Source of the DNA: Patescibacteria group bacterium UBA6033
Lineage (GTDB): Bacteria; Patescibacteriota; Minisyncoccia; Phycocordibacterales; Phycocordibacteraceae
Length of the DNA: 50,243 bases
Direction: 5' to 3'
NCBI GenBank assembly: GCA_002429325.1
Contig: DIZH01000006.1
Span: 1-50,243 of the forward strand
A model generated the notes under the pieces. That model had not been told where the DNA came from. It ran no database searches and saw nothing but the letters and a program-made list of their open reading frames with translations. Positions 47,505 through 50,243 of this stretch are shown piece by piece; positions within the stretch are counted from its first letter, which is position 1; every line of letters begins with the position of its first letter. The position numbers were made by a program, and so were the translations under genes.

Positions 47505-47940
47505 AGGGACATCACGAGCAGCGGCTGAAAGATTCCGTGCGATGGGTGTCTGTCGGGGGAACCGATAGCTTTCGGGGCCATGAGGCCAGATTGATAGCGT
47601 CCCTAAAATAGCCATTGAGGACTGCCTCTGCTGTTGACGGGAATTGTTCCGGATTCATCTGCGCGGGCAGAAATTCGGATGAGTGATGGGAATCCTGAAG
47701 GCGCGTCTTCAGGTCGGTAAAGACCCCTGTGCGCTAGAGCGATCTGGCAAGCATGTCCGTAAAGGTCTAGGGCAATACTGCGGTTGCGCAGGTGTCCGAA
47801 ACGGGAAATCCAGGAGGAGGCGAAGTTAAAGATCCTCTTGGCGGTTCAGCGAAAGCATGCCGTATCTCTCGGGACTTCGGTCCCTGGACATGCCCTGGTT
47901 GACGATGCAGCAATGCAAAGTCAACCAGGGCATACTTTTT
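47505..47940 (+). ncRNA. Unassigned ~430 nt highly structured RNA
   Basis: Own promoter and terminator, no credible ORF, many stems with G-U pairs, and UUCG/GNRA loops on the + strand. Confidence 0.7.
47890..47940 (+). terminator. Long terminator-like hairpin
   Basis: ATGCCCTGGTTGAC/GTCAACCAGGGCAT 14-bp stem, TGCA-GCAA-TGCA cap, then ACTTTTT. Confidence 0.75.
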
Positions 47941-47973
47941 ATACACCCATAAGAAATCGGTTATACTGCAGTC

Positions 47974-49014
47974 ATGGCGCATCAATCTCTCTATCGCACT
48001 CACCGCCCCGCAACATTTGCGGATGTCGTCGGACAGGAACAGGTGACGAAGCCGCTCGAAGAAGCGGCACTCTCGAAGAAGATTGGGCATGCATACCTTT
48101 TTGCCGGCAGCCGCGGCCTCGGGAAGACCTCAGTCGCGCGCATTTTCGCGAACGCCATCGGCTGCACTGAGAATGACCTCTATGAGATAGATGCGGCGAG
48201 TAATAATAGCGTCGAAGATATTCGCACGCTCACCGAAGGTGTCTACACGCTGCCATTTCAGTCGCCGTACAAAGTCTACATACTCGATGAAGTACACATG
48301 CTCTCGAAGGGTGCATGGAACGCATTTTTGAAAACGCTCGAAGAACCACCGGCACACGCAGTATTTATTTTAGCGACGACTGAGCTCGAGAAAGTGCCTG
48401 AGACCGTACAGTCACGCTGTCAGGTGTTTGAATTCAAGAAGCCGACGCGCGCAGTACTTGCGAAAATGACGGCCGCGGTTGCGAAGAAAGAAGGGTACAC
48501 GCTCGCGCCAGATGCCGCGGAACTTATTGCGTTGCTTGCCGACGGTTCATATCGCGACGCGCTGTCTGTATTGCAAAAAGTATTTTCAGGAGCAGAGAAG
48601 AAAGAGATATCACGCGAGGTCGTCGAAGCAGCGACCGGCGCTCCGAAGAGGGAGCAGGTGCATGCACTCATTAGCGCGCTCGCCGCGGCTCCGCCAGCTG
48701 GCGGACGCGGGAAGGCTCTCGAAGCAATTGAGAAAGCAGCGAAATCTGGCGCTGATATGAAGTTGTTCCTCGAACTCGTACTTGAAGCGCTTCGCGCAAC
48801 ACTCCTCATTCGTTACGCATCCGAACTGCGCTCATCGCTCGCGGAGGAGCTTGGTGCAGATGAGTATTCTTCACTGGAGAAATACGCGAATGAAAAAGGC
48901 CTTACGCACGCGACCATGCTCGCATTCCTTACTGCCGCCGACCGCATCCGCTATGCTCCTATTCCCGCACTTCCGCTCGAGCTTGCAGTCCTGGAACTTT
49001 CCAAAGACGAATGA
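47974..49014 (+). CDS. dnaX: DNA polymerase III subunit gamma/tau (short)
   Basis: LYRTHRP, HAYLFAGSRGLGKTS, EIDAASN, LDEVHML, LKTLEEPP, SRC. Confidence 0.96.
   Translation: MAHQSLYRTHRPATFADVVGQEQVTKPLEEAALSKKIGHAYLFAGSRGLGKTSVARIFANAIGCTENDLYEIDAASNNSVEDIRTLTEGVYTLPFQSPYKVYILDEVHMLSKGAWNAFLKTLEEPPAHAVFILATTELEKVPETVQSRCQVFEFKKPTRAVLAKMTAAVAKKEGYTLAPDAAELIALLADGSYRDALSVLQKVFSGAEKKEISREVVEAATGAPKREQVHALISALAAAPPAGGRGKALEAIEKAAKSGADMKLFLELVLEALRATLLIRYASELRSSLAEELGADEYSSLEKYANEKGLTHATMLAFLTAADRIRYAPIPALPLELAVLELSKDE
48690..48710. repeat. TCCGCCAGCTGGCGGA palindrome inside dnaX
   Basis: 21-mer identical to 42533-42553. Confidence 0.75.
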
Positions 49015-49817
49015 GAACAGACGGAATTAAGTGGACGATACTTCTCATCGTTCTCGTCATCGCGGGCGGTAGTCTCTATGAGAAATATCAGCAGACACGT
49101 CCTTGTGTCCAGCCGATTGCCTATAGTATTGGTGCCGTTGACCCTCGCTTCAATATTTCAGCATCGACGCTTCTGCGCGATGCTGAGACGTCTGCGGCCA
49201 TCTGGAACAAAGCAGCAGGGAAGACGGTCCTTATCTACGATAAGAATGCTGCGCTGAAAATTAACTTCATTTATGATGAGCGAGAAGCAAATGCAAAACT
49301 CGGCAGTCAAATCACTCAAGCGCAATCCGATGAAGACTCCGCTCGTGCGAGCCTAGACGCCCTTCAGGCGCAGTTTACAGCTCAGCAAACTGCATATAAC
49401 GAAAGTGTAAATCAGGTGAATGCGAGAGGCGGTGCAACGCCACGCGAATCTGCCGCGCTAGCCACAGAGCGGGCGTCGCTCCAGACGCTCGCTGATACGA
49501 TAAATACCGAGGTAGCGAACTATAACGGAAGTATCACAGCGCTGAATGCCAAGGTCGCAGAGTTCAATCAAGGCGCCGGGTATACCTTCAGAGAGGGTGA
49601 ATATGTGCGGGATGGTTCAGGCGAGCGCATCAATATCTTCGAGTTCATCGGCGCCGTCCAGCTCGAGCGAGTGCTCGCTCATGAATTCGGGCATGCCATT
49701 GGCCTCGACCACAATACCGACCCGAACGCTATTATGTATGCGAAGAATGAAAGCGGAAACCTCGCACCAACTGCAGCCGACCTGGCATCCCTCAAAGCGG
49801 TGTGTGGGCTTAACTAA
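49011..49817 (+). CDS. Matrixin-family zinc metalloprotease with a coiled-coil insert
   Basis: HEFGHAIGLDH, Met-turn AIMY, N-terminal TM. Confidence 0.9.
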   Translation: MRTDGIKWTILLIVLVIAGGSLYEKYQQTRPCVQPIAYSIGAVDPRFNISASTLLRDAETSAAIWNKAAGKTVLIYDKNAALKINFIYDEREANAKLGSQITQAQSDEDSARASLDALQAQFTAQQTAYNESVNQVNARGGATPRESAALATERASLQTLADTINTEVANYNGSITALNAKVAEFNQGAGYTFREGEYVRDGSGERINIFEFIGAVQLERVLAHEFGHAIGLDHNTDPNAIMYAKNESGNLAPTAADLASLKAVCGLN

Positions 49818-49845
49818 CGCGCAAAGGATGATAATGTAGGGATAT

Positions 49846-49916
49846 TGCCAGGTCGTCTAACGGTAGGACAGCGGCCTTTGAAGCCGTGAATTGGGGTTCG
49901 ATTCCCTGCCTGGCAG
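49846..49916 (+). tRNA. tRNA-Gln(TTG), no encoded CCA
   Basis: TGCCAGG/CCTGGCA, GCGGC-CT-TTG-AA-GCCGT, GGTTCGATTCC. Confidence 0.92.
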
Positions 49917-49983
49917 CAAAAAGTGCGCAGCAATTTTTGCTGCCAGGAGTAGGCATATGAATGCCTACGTCAGGGAATCGAAG
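49917..49983 (+). repeat. tRNA-tailing element of tRNA-Gln (5' part only)
   Basis: TTTTTGCTGCCAGG[AGTAGGCAT-ATGA-ATGCCTACGT]CAGGGAATCGAA is the exact antisense of the tRNA 3' end, split by a hairpin. Confidence 0.8.
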
Positions 49984-50096
49984 ACCTTGCGAGTATATTA
50001 GAAACTAGTTATCAATAGTGGAAAGAGTGTTTTGCAATTTGACTACGCATACGGCAGGTCTATACTTTTAACTATTAACAGCACTAATAAATCACT

Positions 50097-50243
50097 ATGG
50101 TGAATATCAGAAAGGTATTGCTAGGTGCAGGGGTAAGTGCATTTCTGGTTGGCGGAATGGCGGCTACGGCGTTTGCTGCTGGTGGTTTTAATCAGTTCGG
50201 CTACAACTATGGAGCCCGTATCTTCTCCGGTCCGGCTGATGGG
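50097..50243 (+). CDS. Secreted hypothetical protein (truncated by the window edge)
   Basis: MVNIRKVLLGAGVSAFLVGGMAATAFAAGG signal peptide; open to the window end. Confidence 0.65.
   Translation, partial: MVNIRKVLLGAGVSAFLVGGMAATAFAAGGFNQFGYNYGARIFSGPADG

Noticed and set aside
47505-47940. RNase P RNA, tmRNA, group I/II intron, c-di-AMP (ydaO) or cobalamin riboswitch
   Set aside because: Only fragments resemble these (for example GCTGAA...CGGGGGAACC). The required motifs GAGGAAAGUCC, T-arm/CCA end, P7, domain V and CAGCUAAC were not found.
47767-48170. ORFs 47784-48170 (+) and 47767-48090 (-)
   Set aside because: They overlap dnaX and the terminator hairpin and have no recognisable motifs or initiation signals.
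1-50243. Alternative genetic code (TGA recoding)
   Set aside because: Conserved genes end at TGA at the expected lengths (infB, eno, parB, dnaX) and show no internal TGA.

Overview
This 50 kb window is mostly core chromosome from a reduced-genome bacterium. Gene content (short IF2, A-domain-only pyruvate kinase, a run of VirB2/TrbC-like pilins, leaderless gene starts) suggests Candidate Phyla Radiation/Parcubacteria, which is an inference; TGA is used as a stop. Housekeeping genes include pth, rpsA, gyrA, rbfA, infB, clpB, rpmG, eno, pyk, gpmA, miaA, ahpC, parB, rel, topA, dprA, serS, dus and dnaX, plus seven tRNAs. I found no transposase, integrase or CRISPR array. The unexplained signal is non-coding. 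(1) Five tRNA genes are each followed by a structured element (~70-200 bp) carrying an antisense copy, and in four cases also a direct copy, of that tRNA's own 3' end. (2) An unassigned ~430 nt highly structured RNA with its own promoter and terminator lies upstream of dnaX. (3) A miniature element with (T/C)CCCGTTAGAAAT terminal repeats sits at start codons with 4-bp duplications and rebuilds the start codon; related copies sit in-frame inside genes. (4) Five orphan genes between pth and rpsA are delimited by 25-bp CACTTGG-N11-CCAAGTG palindromes. (5) A ~123-bp covarying repeat follows three stop codons. Many core genes look leaderless, whereas the orphan genes carry Shine-Dalgarno-like sites and often full -35/-10 promoters.
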